Of a stretch of DNA of 45,271 bases, positions 1 through 9,668 are shown one piece after another. Position 1 is the stretch's first letter; each line of letters begins with the position of its first letter. Source of the stretch: Candidatus Poribacteria bacterium (GTDB lineage Bacteria; Poribacteria; WGA-4E; UBA9662); the NCBI GenBank assembly GCA_046582655.1, contig JAYGDX010000094.1, positions 1 to 45,271 of the forward strand. Direction: 5' to 3'. The notes under the pieces were generated by a model. The model saw only the letters and a program-made list of their open reading frames with translations. It was not told the origin of the DNA and did no database searches. The translations under genes were made by a program, and so were the position numbers.

Positions 1-573
1 AGGCGGCACTCCCCTTGGGGCAAAAAAGGGGTTTGGAAACTTTTGCTGGAACAGGTCTCCGATGATATTGATCTGGAACAACTTCTCCTGGATAGCACAA
101 TCATTCGAGTTCATCAGCATGAGCAGGTGCAAAAAAAAGAAGGGCCTCAGGCCATCGCTCGCTAGCATGGTGGATTGACCACCAAGATTCATCCAGCGGT
201 TGATGCCTTAGGCAATCCATGACGTTCCATTCTGACCGCCGGTCAAGATTCCGATCCAGGCTTCCGCCTTGATCCAGGGTTTGGATCCTGAGATGGTGAT
301 TGCCGACAAGGCAGATGATGCCAATGAATTTCATCCAAATGATCCAAGACATGGAAGCCATGGTGGTCATACCAGCGCGCAGTAATCGCAACCAACAACC
401 AGAGTCTGATCATCACTGGTACTAGACCGCAACCTGATGGCGCGTTTCTTCAATAGAATTAAACAGTTTCGCCGTATTGCCAGGCGCTATGAAAAGCTTG
501 ATCGCAACTTCATGTCTAGGCTCAACTTGGTGTGTACTATCATCTGGTTGGTGTGAATGTTAACAGGCCCTAG
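1..573 (+). mobile_element. Decayed IS5-family (IS427-like) insertion sequence, right part, truncated by window start
   Basis: Plus-strand fragments read W-KKGVW...LLDSTIIRVHQH, GGLTTKIH-AVDALGNP, VIADK, RNLMARFFNRIKQFRRIARRYEK...IWLV* (stop 554-556), which are DDE motifs of IS5 transposases. There is an A8G slippery site at 131-139, several internal stops and indels, and a terminus TGTTAACAGGCCC|TAG at 558-573 resembling an IS5 right IR plus target. Confidence 0.88.
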
Positions 574-621
574 AAATAGCCGATAATATTACAATTTTTT
601 TGTTTTGAAAAGAGAAAGCCT

Positions 622-1632
622 ATGCCAACTATATCTCACAAAGTTCTCAGGAAATTTATTTATAATTTGTATATTGGTGCTGGTGGGGTTGAAGAAGACG
701 CCCAAATAGTGAGCAACCATCTGGTAGATGCCAATCTGACAGGACATGACTCGCATGGTGTTATTAACGCCATAGGTTATGCTAATGCTATGAAAGACGG
801 TCCGTCTGCCGAGACAAGCTGGAAATCATACGTGAAACACCTGTAAATGCCGTAATCGATGCTCATGGCGCACTCGGTGTGGTAGCCTCGCTGAAGGCGA
901 TGGAGTTAGCCATTGAAAAGGGTAAGGCTAACACAATTGGTATCGTTGGACTCCACCATTGTGGCCATGCCGGACGGATGGGGGATTATCCGATACGCGC
1001 CGCCGCAGAGGGAATGATTGGTATCGTGCTGCTCAACGGTGGTGGCCGTTTGATGCATCCATTTGGTGGGTCAGCGCGTCGGCTTCCACCAAACCCAATT
1101 GCCATCTCTGTACCAAGAAAAAATGGGGAGCCGTTGTTACTTGATATGACCTTGACTGTGGTTGCGGGCGGAAAAGTTAACCTAAAAGCCGCTCGCGAAG
1201 AAGAAATGCCGGAAGGTTGGATGATAGATCCTAGTGGTCAACCAGTATTTGACCCAAAAGCTTTACAGAATAAACCACATAGTTCAGCAATTATGCCGCT
1301 CGGTGGTTTCCAATTTGGGCATAAAGGCTTCGGTTTAGGATTTATGATTAGATGCCATTGCCGGCGGGCTTTCCTGGGCTGGTTGCAGTCAAACCAAGCC
1401 AACGCGTGGAGCAAGTGGGATTGTGATGATGGCAATTAAGATCGAGGCATTTATTGATCTGGAAGCCTACCAACAAGAGATTGAGTATCTTGTTGAGTGG
1501 GTAAAATCATCACCCAAACTACCTGGTGTACAGGAAATCTATGTTCCCGGTGACATCGAAAGCCAAAATCAAAAGCAACGCCTCGAAAATGGAATTTATA
1601 TCGAGCAATCCACATGGGATCAGATTGATTGA
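622..1632 (+). pseudogene. Ldh2-family (malate/L-lactate/ureidoglycolate-type) oxidoreductase, split by frameshifts
   Basis: Three consecutive ORFs (622-846, 879-1439, 1423-1632) join into one protein with GHDSHGV, HAGRMGDY, PNPIAI, LDM, GHKGFGL and IYVPGD motifs. Frameshifts lie near ~805-815 and ~1348. A third near 1627 may extend the frame to 1705. Could be a real pseudogene or sequencing indels. Confidence 0.85.
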
Positions 1633-1696
1633 ACTATCCGACTCCCTTGGAATTGATTCACCAAAGTTATCGAGAATAATTAATGAAACAGTGATC

Positions 1697-2297
1697 TTAT
1701 CTTGAGACCCTTATTCATCACCGAGTTATAGTCAATTTTCTCGCAGACACAACAGCCAGAATTGCTGGTTGTTTTTTTGTAATTTCCTTTTTACTTAGTG
1801 CTCGTTCATAAAAAAACACTTCATCCACAGCACCAAATAGGTATCGAGGTGTATGGTTGCGCCGATAGTAAATGGAGAGCTACCAGCAACACCTACCCTA
1901 CTATCCTTTGGCTAGTATCAATCATATAATGAAGATTATTATTTGTTTGGACACATTGCTTGCCAATGATATTGACTTTATCCATGAGGTAATCGTCTAT
2001 TCCCTACAGCCTGCAACGAGCGTGTCCTTCTCAAAAGCAGCGCCAAAATCAACATAACTCTTTTTGCCATCAAACTCTAGGGCTTCTTTGACAAGACCTC
2101 TCACTATTTTCTTATTATCTTCGATGTGTCCTGCATTTTTCCACAAGACCTTGTATTTCCACTTTAATGGGAGGACGATCGAAACTCTAGTAACTGACTA
2201 GCCCATCTTTTACCATTTCTGTTTGAGCCAATCTTACATGACAAATAAAGAGCGCTAGGGAACCAATTACTAGATAAAAGACATAACTCCCTTTCAT
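1697..2297 (-). pseudogene. LamG-like jellyroll (concanavalin A-like) secreted protein remnant
   Basis: Minus strand reads MKGSYVFYLVIGSLALF (signal-like), DGLVSY*SFD (W to TAG at 2187-2189), KEALEFDGKKSYVDFG, GAVDEVFFYERALSK and LAVVSARKLTIT. Multiple stops, frameshifts and an apparent internal deletion. Confidence 0.75.
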
Positions 2298-2706
2298 TTT
2301 TTTCCACCCACTATTATTTATAAACTGATCGTTGACAGAAAACAGGGGACTTTGACCAATGAGGTTTTGGTAGAGTTCTTCTCCGGCTCACTCTATTTGA
2401 CTAGCAATAATATATCAAGCGTTTTTCGTCAACAGGACTGTTATACGTCGGACAACGGGTAGTACTTCAATTGTTGCGCTTCTCAATGAGAGGAAACAGG
2501 ATCAATACGAGAGAGACTCACCTTGATAAAACCACCCTATATATTTTGGCAGGAATTGCTTGGAAGTTGTTTTAGTACAATCTTACTGAGGGAGGGAGAT
2601 TATTGTGTTTCATAAAAAGCCCAATTCACCAACTGGACAAAATTCGGTATAGATTGGAGTGATTTTCCAAATTGGAACGCAATTAACCACATCACAGGTA
2701 CAGTGC

Positions 2707-3066
2707 TTAGCTAAAATGTGCTATCCCTTCCTCAAGATTATCAAAGATCTCAAGTCCTTCCACATACTCCAGGATATTCATTGCATCAATGATTACCATA
2801 CAAGGTTCTGATACGTTGCACAAACAAAATTCTTGTTCTTTTTCTTCCCCTTCAATAATCACACTAAGTAGCGTTGCCATACCACGGCTTGTTGTAATCC
2901 TTACTTGACCGAGATCGACAACGATTTTTTCCCCTTCTTCAATCTGATTATATGCTCCACGCAGATCATCAGCTGTTTCATAACCGAGGTTGTTGCTAAC
3001 ACCAATAATTGAAATCGAATCTTTCCGATCAACTGTGATGTTATCACCAAATTCTTGCATCTGCAT
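2707..3066 (-). CDS. rsbV: STAS-domain anti-sigma factor antagonist (RsbV/SpoIIAA family)
   Basis: 119 aa, with IVVDLGQVRITTSRGMATLL matching the STAS phospho-Ser region. Lies 6 bp downstream of the anti-sigma kinase gene. Confidence 0.8.
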   Translation of the reverse strand: MQMQEFGDNITVDRKDSISIIGVSNNLGYETADDLRGAYNQIEEGEKIVVDLGQVRITTSRGMATLLSVIIEGEEKEQEFCLCNVSEPCMVIIDAMNILEYVEGLEIFDNLEEGIAHFS

Positions 3067-3072
3067 TAGCTC

Positions 3073-3504
3073 CTAATTTTGAAAAATAGTAACTGTCGTT
3101 GTCGTACCTTCACCAGCCTCAGCATCAATCTTTATATCATCAACAAGTGATCGCATCAAATGTAGCCCCCATTGACCAATTTTCTTTTGCTTAATTTGCT
3201 CTCTTAGATCAATCATCTCAAACGTAGGATCAACTTCACCATCTCCAGAATCCTTGACACTAACATCTATAGCATCGTCACTGCACACAATTGTTACTTT
3301 AACATCTTTATCAGGATCCTTTTGATTTCCATGTTCTATAGCGTTAATACAAGCCTCAGCAACAGCTACTTTGAGTTTACTCACCTTGTCAAAGGGAAAC
3401 TTCCATACCCTAGCAATCGTACCAACAGCTTCGACAACGACCTCTTCATAGCCAAAGATGCTTGGTACCGTAACCGTAACTTTTTCAGTTTTCATTAATC
3501 GCAT
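3073..3504 (-). CDS. rsbW: Anti-sigma regulatory factor, Ser/Thr kinase (RsbW/SpoIIAB, HATPase_c)
   Basis: N-box AVAEACINAIEHGN, G1 box VKDSGDG, and G2 box GQWGLHLMRSLVD. Confidence 0.88.
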   Translation of the reverse strand: MRLMKTEKVTVTVPSIFGYEEVVVEAVGTIARVWKFPFDKVSKLKVAVAEACINAIEHGNQKDPDKDVKVTIVCSDDAIDVSVKDSGDGEVDPTFEMIDLREQIKQKKIGQWGLHLMRSLVDDIKIDAEAGEGTTTTVTIFQN

Positions 3505-3687
3505 CCTGCCATCTTAAATATATAATAGTAAGAACAAATACGCAACTTTAGCATACAGAGTTTCATCAAAACTTACAGATAAAGCCCACGATGTCCTGGA
3601 TTTGCTTGCTAACGACTTGATTCTACCTTATGAAGACCAATTAACAAAATGTCAACTGCCCATACAACAAAAACTAGTGAAATGAAC

Positions 3688-6228
3688 CTACTCTTCGAGA
3701 TCGATATTTTCTACGTCCGGATCGTAGGCAGTATTTACAGTTACCCGTATGGCTTTTAATCCATGAACTGATTGCAGATCATCCAATTCTAGCATTTCTA
3801 TCTCATCGGTCAAATACCCCTTCGAATGAAGGTATTCAGCACACTGATGATATTCTTCTTCCTCACGCTGATTGGAATATACGATTGCAATTTTCCCGAT
3901 TTGTGTCAGTCTTTCGTTGGTACCTCGAACATAGGATTTGTCCATTCGCGACTTCAAAACTTCATACCGGGTATCATAACTGCCGGCAACAACAAGTTGT
4001 TTTTCATCATGGTTAAACTTGATTGAAATCGGTTCCTGCTGTACAACAATAAGATGACATGTGTTCAGAGGCAATTTTAATTGCTGCTGAAGCTGGTGTG
4101 AAAGTCGTGCACAACCACATATCAACATAAACTGCCACAATCTAAGATTTTTTAAATATAAGCCATCAAATACAGCATCCTCTATCATGGACTTACCAAC
4201 ATAAATCCCATGGTCGACACCATCTGTCACTTTTTTCTCAAAATAATGCGGAAATGTCTGTTGAGCCTTTCGTTGTTCTTGATCAATGTATGCGGAAATA
4301 GTTTCATTAATCAAAGCTACGCTTTCTTCATAATCTTTTCGGGCCCGATGAATTGTATCACGTTTGGGATCTAATATACTACGGTAGGACTCAATCTTTT
4401 TTTCCAATCCCGGATCAAAAACCTGCATATGGGGAAAGAAAACTTCAACTTCATCTCGAATGAATTCTAGAGTTTCAGATTCCACTCCAGCTCCTAAATC
4501 TGCTTCACGAACCCTTGACAACTTCTGATCAATCCGGTGAGCCAACTCAAGTAAAAATGGCATCGGCTTCAAATCATAAGCTAAAGTAACAATTTCTTTA
4601 GTGAGGCTCAGTTGATCATACAAATCAGTTTGAACAGCCTTATTTTGCGCAGCGGAGGACCCACGTATATCAGATTGACCATACAATGGATAGACCTCGC
4701 GAAACACAATTTCTTCCATTTCAGTGACAGTTTCGCCACTTCGCTGCCTATCAAGAAGATTGAGCGCCGCATCTCGGAAACGCCATTCGATAGATGGATG
4801 AATAGCTGTACATTTTTCCTTAATTATCGTTTGTACACTGTTAGTAAAATCATCAATTCGCCTCTTCACTGCAGATGAAAACAATGAGACAACCTCCCAC
4901 AATTTCATTGCATTCATGGAATTGAGATCTCCGACATTAACAGCCCTTAACTCCAAAATCCCAACCGGTACATCTTGATCATAGAGCGGTTCAACAATTA
5001 TACTTTTAACACCTTGTTCTATAAGTCGGTCTTCAATTTTAGTACGTTTTCTCACCTTACTTAAGTCTTCGATGACAAGATGCCCCCCTTGATTGATAGC
5101 ACGTTCATAAATTGACCCTTCAAGCTCTGAGCGATGTCGTCGGGTGGTACTCCAATCGAATGAATCCTGACCAGCATCTTCGCCGGAGTTAATCGTCCAA
5201 ATCTGCTCGCCCTGAATCCCAGTCAAAGAGACGGTCATCTCTGCTAATTGCAGTACCGTTCGCAGTTTTTCTTGTAGTTCTTCAAAACGATCCCGGTTAG
5301 TAATCGATTCCTTTTCAACCAAATCTTGCTCAATAGAGGACAGAACTTGTTGTTCGGTGACATCGGAGGCACTGACTACAATAAAACCTTGAAATTCAAA
5401 GGTCTCAGGCCTTAACAGTTCCATTAACAGTTTCAAACCGGTTATATTTGCTAGCAGAGTCTTCTGTGCCGCATCTGTAACCGGCTTGATCTTCTCCCCC
5501 TTCAGATCACTCGAAAGTGAGGACAACAGAATCTTCAAACCGCCTAAGTTCGAAAGAAGATTTTTCTTCACTGTATTGGTCAGCTTCTTTGGCTTTCCTA
5601 TAGCATTGACATGACAAAATTGCGAATCAAAATTCAACTTTAAATGCCGGACTAAACCAGAAACAGGATCGATGCTCGACGAAATAGTTGAATGGTCAAA
5701 GTCAAGTTCCAATCCATAGAATTTCGTTACAATATAAGAGTACGCATACAAAATTTGGACATAAATTTTAGTATGTTTATCTAAATCAGCCAGTTGATCG
5801 GAAAAAGTTCCATCCTCTCCCACCAGTAAATCCCGAAAAGGCGGAGTCATATAAAATGGGGTGTAATCAAAAGGAGGTATAACTGATACACAACTGCTAT
5901 GATGCAAAGCTTCAGGCACAACAGCAGTCAACATCAGATCAATTAACTCTCTGTGTTTCTCGATTACAGACAAATCAGTAATAGGACGGAGCAACTCCGG
6001 CGCACTTTTCAGCTTTTCGTGTATCTCTTGCACAGACGAAACCTGAATACTCTTCCTGTCCCCATTCGACTTGTCTTGGTTCCAAAAATCGATTAGCGGA
6101 ACCAAGCTCAGTGCGGACATAAAAGGGAACTCCTTTATATCCAGTTCATCAGCATAATTAAAATCCTGTGTCAACGGATTTACCGCCGAATCTCTATCTA
6201 TGGACATTGCTTTCCCAGAAGAATTCAC
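3688..6228 (-). CDS. Large GAF-domain signalling protein with a probable degenerate nucleotide-cyclase-like C-terminal region
   Basis: 846 aa ORF. GAF signature LVIEDLS...GVKSIIVEPLYDQDVPVGILEL. Conserved-looking TAIHPSIEWRF, VYPLYGQSDIRGSS, YFEKKVTDGV and RYEVLKSRMDKS motifs resemble a family of large GAF proteins recalled from Bacteroidota. Exact start uncertain. Confidence 0.75.
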   Translation of the reverse strand: MNSSGKAMSIDRDSAVNPLTQDFNYADELDIKEFPFMSALSLVPLIDFWNQDKSNGDRKSIQVSSVQEIHEKLKSAPELLRPITDLSVIEKHRELIDLMLTAVVPEALHHSSCVSVIPPFDYTPFYMTPPFRDLLVGEDGTFSDQLADLDKHTKIYVQILYAYSYIVTKFYGLELDFDHSTISSSIDPVSGLVRHLKLNFDSQFCHVNAIGKPKKLTNTVKKNLLSNLGGLKILLSSLSSDLKGEKIKPVTDAAQKTLLANITGLKLLMELLRPETFEFQGFIVVSASDVTEQQVLSSIEQDLVEKESITNRDRFEELQEKLRTVLQLAEMTVSLTGIQGEQIWTINSGEDAGQDSFDWSTTRRHRSELEGSIYERAINQGGHLVIEDLSKVRKRTKIEDRLIEQGVKSIIVEPLYDQDVPVGILELRAVNVGDLNSMNAMKLWEVVSLFSSAVKRRIDDFTNSVQTIIKEKCTAIHPSIEWRFRDAALNLLDRQRSGETVTEMEEIVFREVYPLYGQSDIRGSSAAQNKAVQTDLYDQLSLTKEIVTLAYDLKPMPFLLELAHRIDQKLSRVREADLGAGVESETLEFIRDEVEVFFPHMQVFDPGLEKKIESYRSILDPKRDTIHRARKDYEESVALINETISAYIDQEQRKAQQTFPHYFEKKVTDGVDHGIYVGKSMIEDAVFDGLYLKNLRLWQFMLICGCARLSHQLQQQLKLPLNTCHLIVVQQEPISIKFNHDEKQLVVAGSYDTRYEVLKSRMDKSYVRGTNERLTQIGKIAIVYSNQREEEEYHQCAEYLHSKGYLTDEIEMLELDDLQSVHGLKAIRVTVNTAYDPDVENIDLEE

Positions 6229-6325
6229 TTTAGTGCTATTGAAGTTGATACAACCAGTGAACGATGCAAACTGTTGAACGAACTAAATTCACATATTTAA
6301 TCCCAACACTTTCAGCCGCTTATAG

Positions 6326-6721
6326 CTATCTAATCGATTCACTAGATAAGGTCGTCAGCTCCAGATCTCTCATAAACTGGGTTGCCTGATCTATTGAAGG
6401 TTTGTTATTCTGAAAGCGTTCCTGATAACCATCAAGAAGTTGATAGAGCTGGTTCAAATCGATTTCTCTTCGAGAGTTAGCTTCACGGATTCGACCAAAT
6501 TGGCTCCGAATTTGGTCCGCCGACAGACTATCCGGGTGGTTGTTCAGGAAATGATCTTCAATTACATTGATAGTATGTCCCGCCATCCAGTATCTCAATC
6601 CACTGGATCCACCGGACCGTTGATAAATATACCCAGAAGGAACAAGGATAATCATTACAACAACCAATAGGAACACCAAAACTCGGCGATAGCAACCTGC
6701 CAACTTATTTTTTTTCGCCAT
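6326..6721 (-). CDS. Hypothetical single-pass membrane protein
   Basis: Likely start MAKKNK at 6721, 8 bp after the queE stop. A basic N-terminus is followed by hydrophobic VLVFLLVVVMIILVP and a helical soluble domain. Confidence 0.65.
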   Translation of the reverse strand: MAKKNKLAGCYRRVLVFLLVVVMIILVPSGYIYQRSGGSSGLRYWMAGHTINVIEDHFLNNHPDSLSADQIRSQFGRIREANSRREIDLNQLYQLLDGYQERFQNNKPSIDQATQFMRDLELTTLSSESIR

Positions 6722-6729
6722 TTCTTCTC

Positions 6730-7411
6730 TTAAACGCCACGCCGATTCCCCCATAAATCAACGTGAACCCTCGGCGAATATCGATACCCATTCTGCTTGC
6801 AAATTTTGATAATCCCTTCTTGCTTGGATTGTATTTCCTTTGCACTAATACCCTGCGGCATTAATACAACTGCCTCATTTGGAATCCCGATTTCTAATTG
6901 CAAGCACTGAATCTCTTCTAAATCTTTCGGTGTCTCCATCACAAACTTAAGTTGACAGGTGTAATTATCTAGAAATTTGTGAATCACGTCGGCACGGATT
7001 CTTTCACGCTGATGCATTTCGAAATAACGATTGCTCGGCTTCGGATTCGAATTTCGGAGTTTGGGACTCATCGAAATCAGGTGAGCACTGACATCCGCGT
7101 AGATTGTGGCGTTAGTTTCAATGGTAATGTGATGCCCGCCTTCACTCAATTCATGACACAGAACCATTAATTCCTTAGGCTTGAAGAAATGGTTCACCGC
7201 CCGTAATGACAACATATCTGCAGTTATATTTGGTGATTTCCTCTACAACTTTATTAACGGAAATAGATTTGTCTTCAGGTTCCCAACTGGTGTATGGCGT
7301 ATCACACCAAATACAACGAAGGTTACAGTAGCTTGTTCGAAAGAAGACAGAAGGAACACCAGTTAACATCCCTTCACCTTGGATTGTATAGAATAATTCA
7401 CTGTATTTCAT
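6730..7411 (-). pseudogene. queE: 7-carboxy-7-deazaguanine synthase (radical SAM) with a single frameshift
   Basis: MKYSELFYTIQGEG...CNLRCIWCDT (CX3CX2C), VITGGEP, then a one-base shift at ~7175-7182 into ITIETNAT...SMSPKL...LMPQG...YSPRVHVDLWG. Confidence 0.88.
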
Positions 7412-7490
7412 GGCCAATCTAGAGCCTAAGATCAATAAGATCTAGGCTGACAAGCTTACCACAATTTTCAAATCTGTTACAATAATTTTC

Positions 7491-7520
7491 TTGCTCTTTG
7501 CAATCAAGATTCCATATAAT
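7491..7520 (+). promoter_or_regulatory. Possible sigma70-type promoter for the BatA/vWA gene
   Basis: TTGCTC (7491-7496), an 18-nt spacer, then a perfect TATAAT (7515-7520) in the divergent intergenic region. Confidence 0.3.
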
Positions 7521-7616
7521 CATTAGCGTATTGATACCCGATAATCAAAAAAGCATCTTGTTTCTAACAAGTTATTATCATTATCAGCACATCAGTCAAA
7601 AGGATCGCATAATATC

Positions 7617-9668
7617 TTGGGATTCCTCAACCCAATTTTTCTACTTGGTACGGTTATAGCTGTAGTACCATTGCTGATCCACTTGTGGAATCGCCATCAA
7701 GCAAAAACAGTAGATTTTAGTAGCCTTATCTTCCTACAAATCGCTCATCGTCAAAGTGTTCGACGGATACAGATCAAGCATTTAATAATCTTAATCCTTC
7801 GAATGCTCATTTTAATGTTCATCGCCTTAGCTCTCGCCCGACCTATACTAAAAAATCAGTTCTCACTTGCGGGCTCACGAACCAAAACGAGTTGTGTCAT
7901 TATCCTTGATCACTCCTATAGTATGTCATATCAAGATATAGATGGCCCCCGATTTGAGTTAGCAAAATCAGTTGCCATAGGCGTGGTAGAATCTTTGCAG
8001 AATGGTGATAATGTTTCCATCATCTTGATGTCTGACAAAGCAGAACCCATATTTCGAAAACTTACAAGAGATTTCGATCAAGTTAAATCTACTATCCAAA
8101 GTACTGACGTTTCATTCCAATCGACATCTATCTCACCAGCACTCGCAATGGCGCACGATCTGCTAACGGAATCCAGTGCCCCAAACAAGGAAATCTATCT
8201 GATTACCGATCTAGGTAAAAACGGCTGGCAGAATTTCGGTCGGTTGCCCAACCTTTCTGATGCACGGATTTTTTTATTGCCAATCAAAAATCCAGTCCCC
8301 AACAATTCAGGTATTGAAGATGTAAGTACTTCCCCAAAATTAATAGGTGTGAATATACCAATACACCTGAAAGTAGGAATAAAAAACTATTCAACGGACC
8401 CAGTCAACAGCACAAATTTGGCATTCTTTATCAACAATCAAAAACAGAGTAACATAGCCATCCACATTGGATCAGAAGAGCGTGTTGATCTAACTTTCAA
8501 GCATAGTTTTGAATTACCTGGTGTGCACACAGGGTATGTGGAACTACTTCCAGATCGTCTGCCGATTGATAATCGCCGCTATTTTGCTGTTGAGAGCTAC
8601 AGACAACTTCAAGCTCTCTGTGTTGGAAACAATAATCTGTATTTATCCCTAGGACTAAATCCGGAAAGAGAGTTAAAACCGACAGAGGAATACACGGTAT
8701 TACCATCAAGTTGCTCTCCAGATGAACTAAAGAATTTTACACTCGATAACTTTGACATTCTGATTTTGGCCGACCTCCCTGAACTTACAGATCAAGTTAA
8801 ACAGGCAATACAGTCATTTTCACGAGCGGGAAAAACAATTATCATCTTTGTTGGCAACCAGATTGATAATATAAGTTACAACAACTTTTTCGAGTGGATA
8901 CCAGCAACTTTTTTCAAATCTACAACTTGGGATCCGCCAACCACCATTTCAGATTACGATTCGGAACACCCAATCTTTGAAGTGTTTCAAGACAGATCTT
9001 TTTCTATCACTCCAAAATTCTATCGAGGTTTCCAACTAGAGCCAGCAAGAAACTCCAGTGTCATTGCCAAATTTCAGAACCAGATGCCGTTTATCATCGA
9101 GAGAAGAATTGGAAAAGGTAATGTATTATTATTTAATGTTTCTGTAACGGATCCATCAAGTTCAGACCTATTGGTAAGCCCGAAGTTCTTACCGCTTCTT
9201 CAACAGTCAGTGCTTTATGGAAAATCGCTACAGTCTTCCAGAAAGCGAAATTTGTTGGTCGGACAACCTTACATAACCAAGCTAGATCGACATAGATCTG
9301 CGGTTGCGGAGATCCATCTTACTGGTGATGTTTCACATACTATTCCAATTCAGAGTGATGGCACCTTAGAATTCCGTGATACGTACAAACCAGGTATTTA
9401 TCAAATAAATGTGAATGGTGGAAGTCCCAAGCTAAACGACTTTTTTGTGGTAAATGTTGATCCAAGTGAATCTGACTTAACACCAATCGATGCAAATCAG
9501 GCAGCTGATCGAATCTCAGCCCGCACGGCAGTAAAACCAGAAAGCGATACGTGGCGACAAACACTTAACTCTCAAAGGACAGGCAGAGAAATATGGGGTG
9601 AGATGCTAGTTCTTGCCACAGGTCTAATGCTTATTGAAAGTATTCTCTCAAATAAGAATGAGATATAA
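7617..9668 (+). CDS. BatA (aerotolerance regulator N-terminal) + vWA domain membrane-anchored protein
   Basis: N-terminal FLNPIFLLG...PLLIHLWNR...FSSL...LRML...ALARP is the BatA domain. vWA MIDAS-like ILDHSYSM and YLITD, an Ig/CARDB-like D-LPIDNRRY segment, a class-I-GATase-like region, and C-terminal VNVDPSESDL...EIW followed by a TM helix. Confidence 0.85.
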   Translation: MGFLNPIFLLGTVIAVVPLLIHLWNRHQAKTVDFSSLIFLQIAHRQSVRRIQIKHLIILILRMLILMFIALALARPILKNQFSLAGSRTKTSCVIILDHSYSMSYQDIDGPRFELAKSVAIGVVESLQNGDNVSIILMSDKAEPIFRKLTRDFDQVKSTIQSTDVSFQSTSISPALAMAHDLLTESSAPNKEIYLITDLGKNGWQNFGRLPNLSDARIFLLPIKNPVPNNSGIEDVSTSPKLIGVNIPIHLKVGIKNYSTDPVNSTNLAFFINNQKQSNIAIHIGSEERVDLTFKHSFELPGVHTGYVELLPDRLPIDNRRYFAVESYRQLQALCVGNNNLYLSLGLNPERELKPTEEYTVLPSSCSPDELKNFTLDNFDILILADLPELTDQVKQAIQSFSRAGKTIIIFVGNQIDNISYNNFFEWIPATFFKSTTWDPPTTISDYDSEHPIFEVFQDRSFSITPKFYRGFQLEPARNSSVIAKFQNQMPFIIERRIGKGNVLLFNVSVTDPSSSDLLVSPKFLPLLQQSVLYGKSLQSSRKRNLLVGQPYITKLDRHRSAVAEIHLTGDVSHTIPIQSDGTLEFRDTYKPGIYQINVNGGSPKLNDFFVVNVDPSESDLTPIDANQAADRISARTAVKPESDTWRQTLNSQRTGREIWGEMLVLATGLMLIESILSNKNEI

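Noticed and set aside
101..391. 96-aa minus-strand ORF
   Set aside because: It is antisense to the IS5 transposase remnant.
1872..2057. 61-aa plus-strand ORF
   Set aside because: It is antisense to the LamG pseudogene.
2298..2706. Sigma54-like TGGCA...TTGC element near 2547-2560 or a small RNA
   Set aside because: The GG-to-GC spacing is 8 nt rather than the required 10, and no other supportable structure was found.
7412..7500. preQ1 riboswitch upstream of queE
   Set aside because: Only a simple imperfect hairpin is present; I did not see the preQ1-I loop consensus or the A-rich 3' tail.
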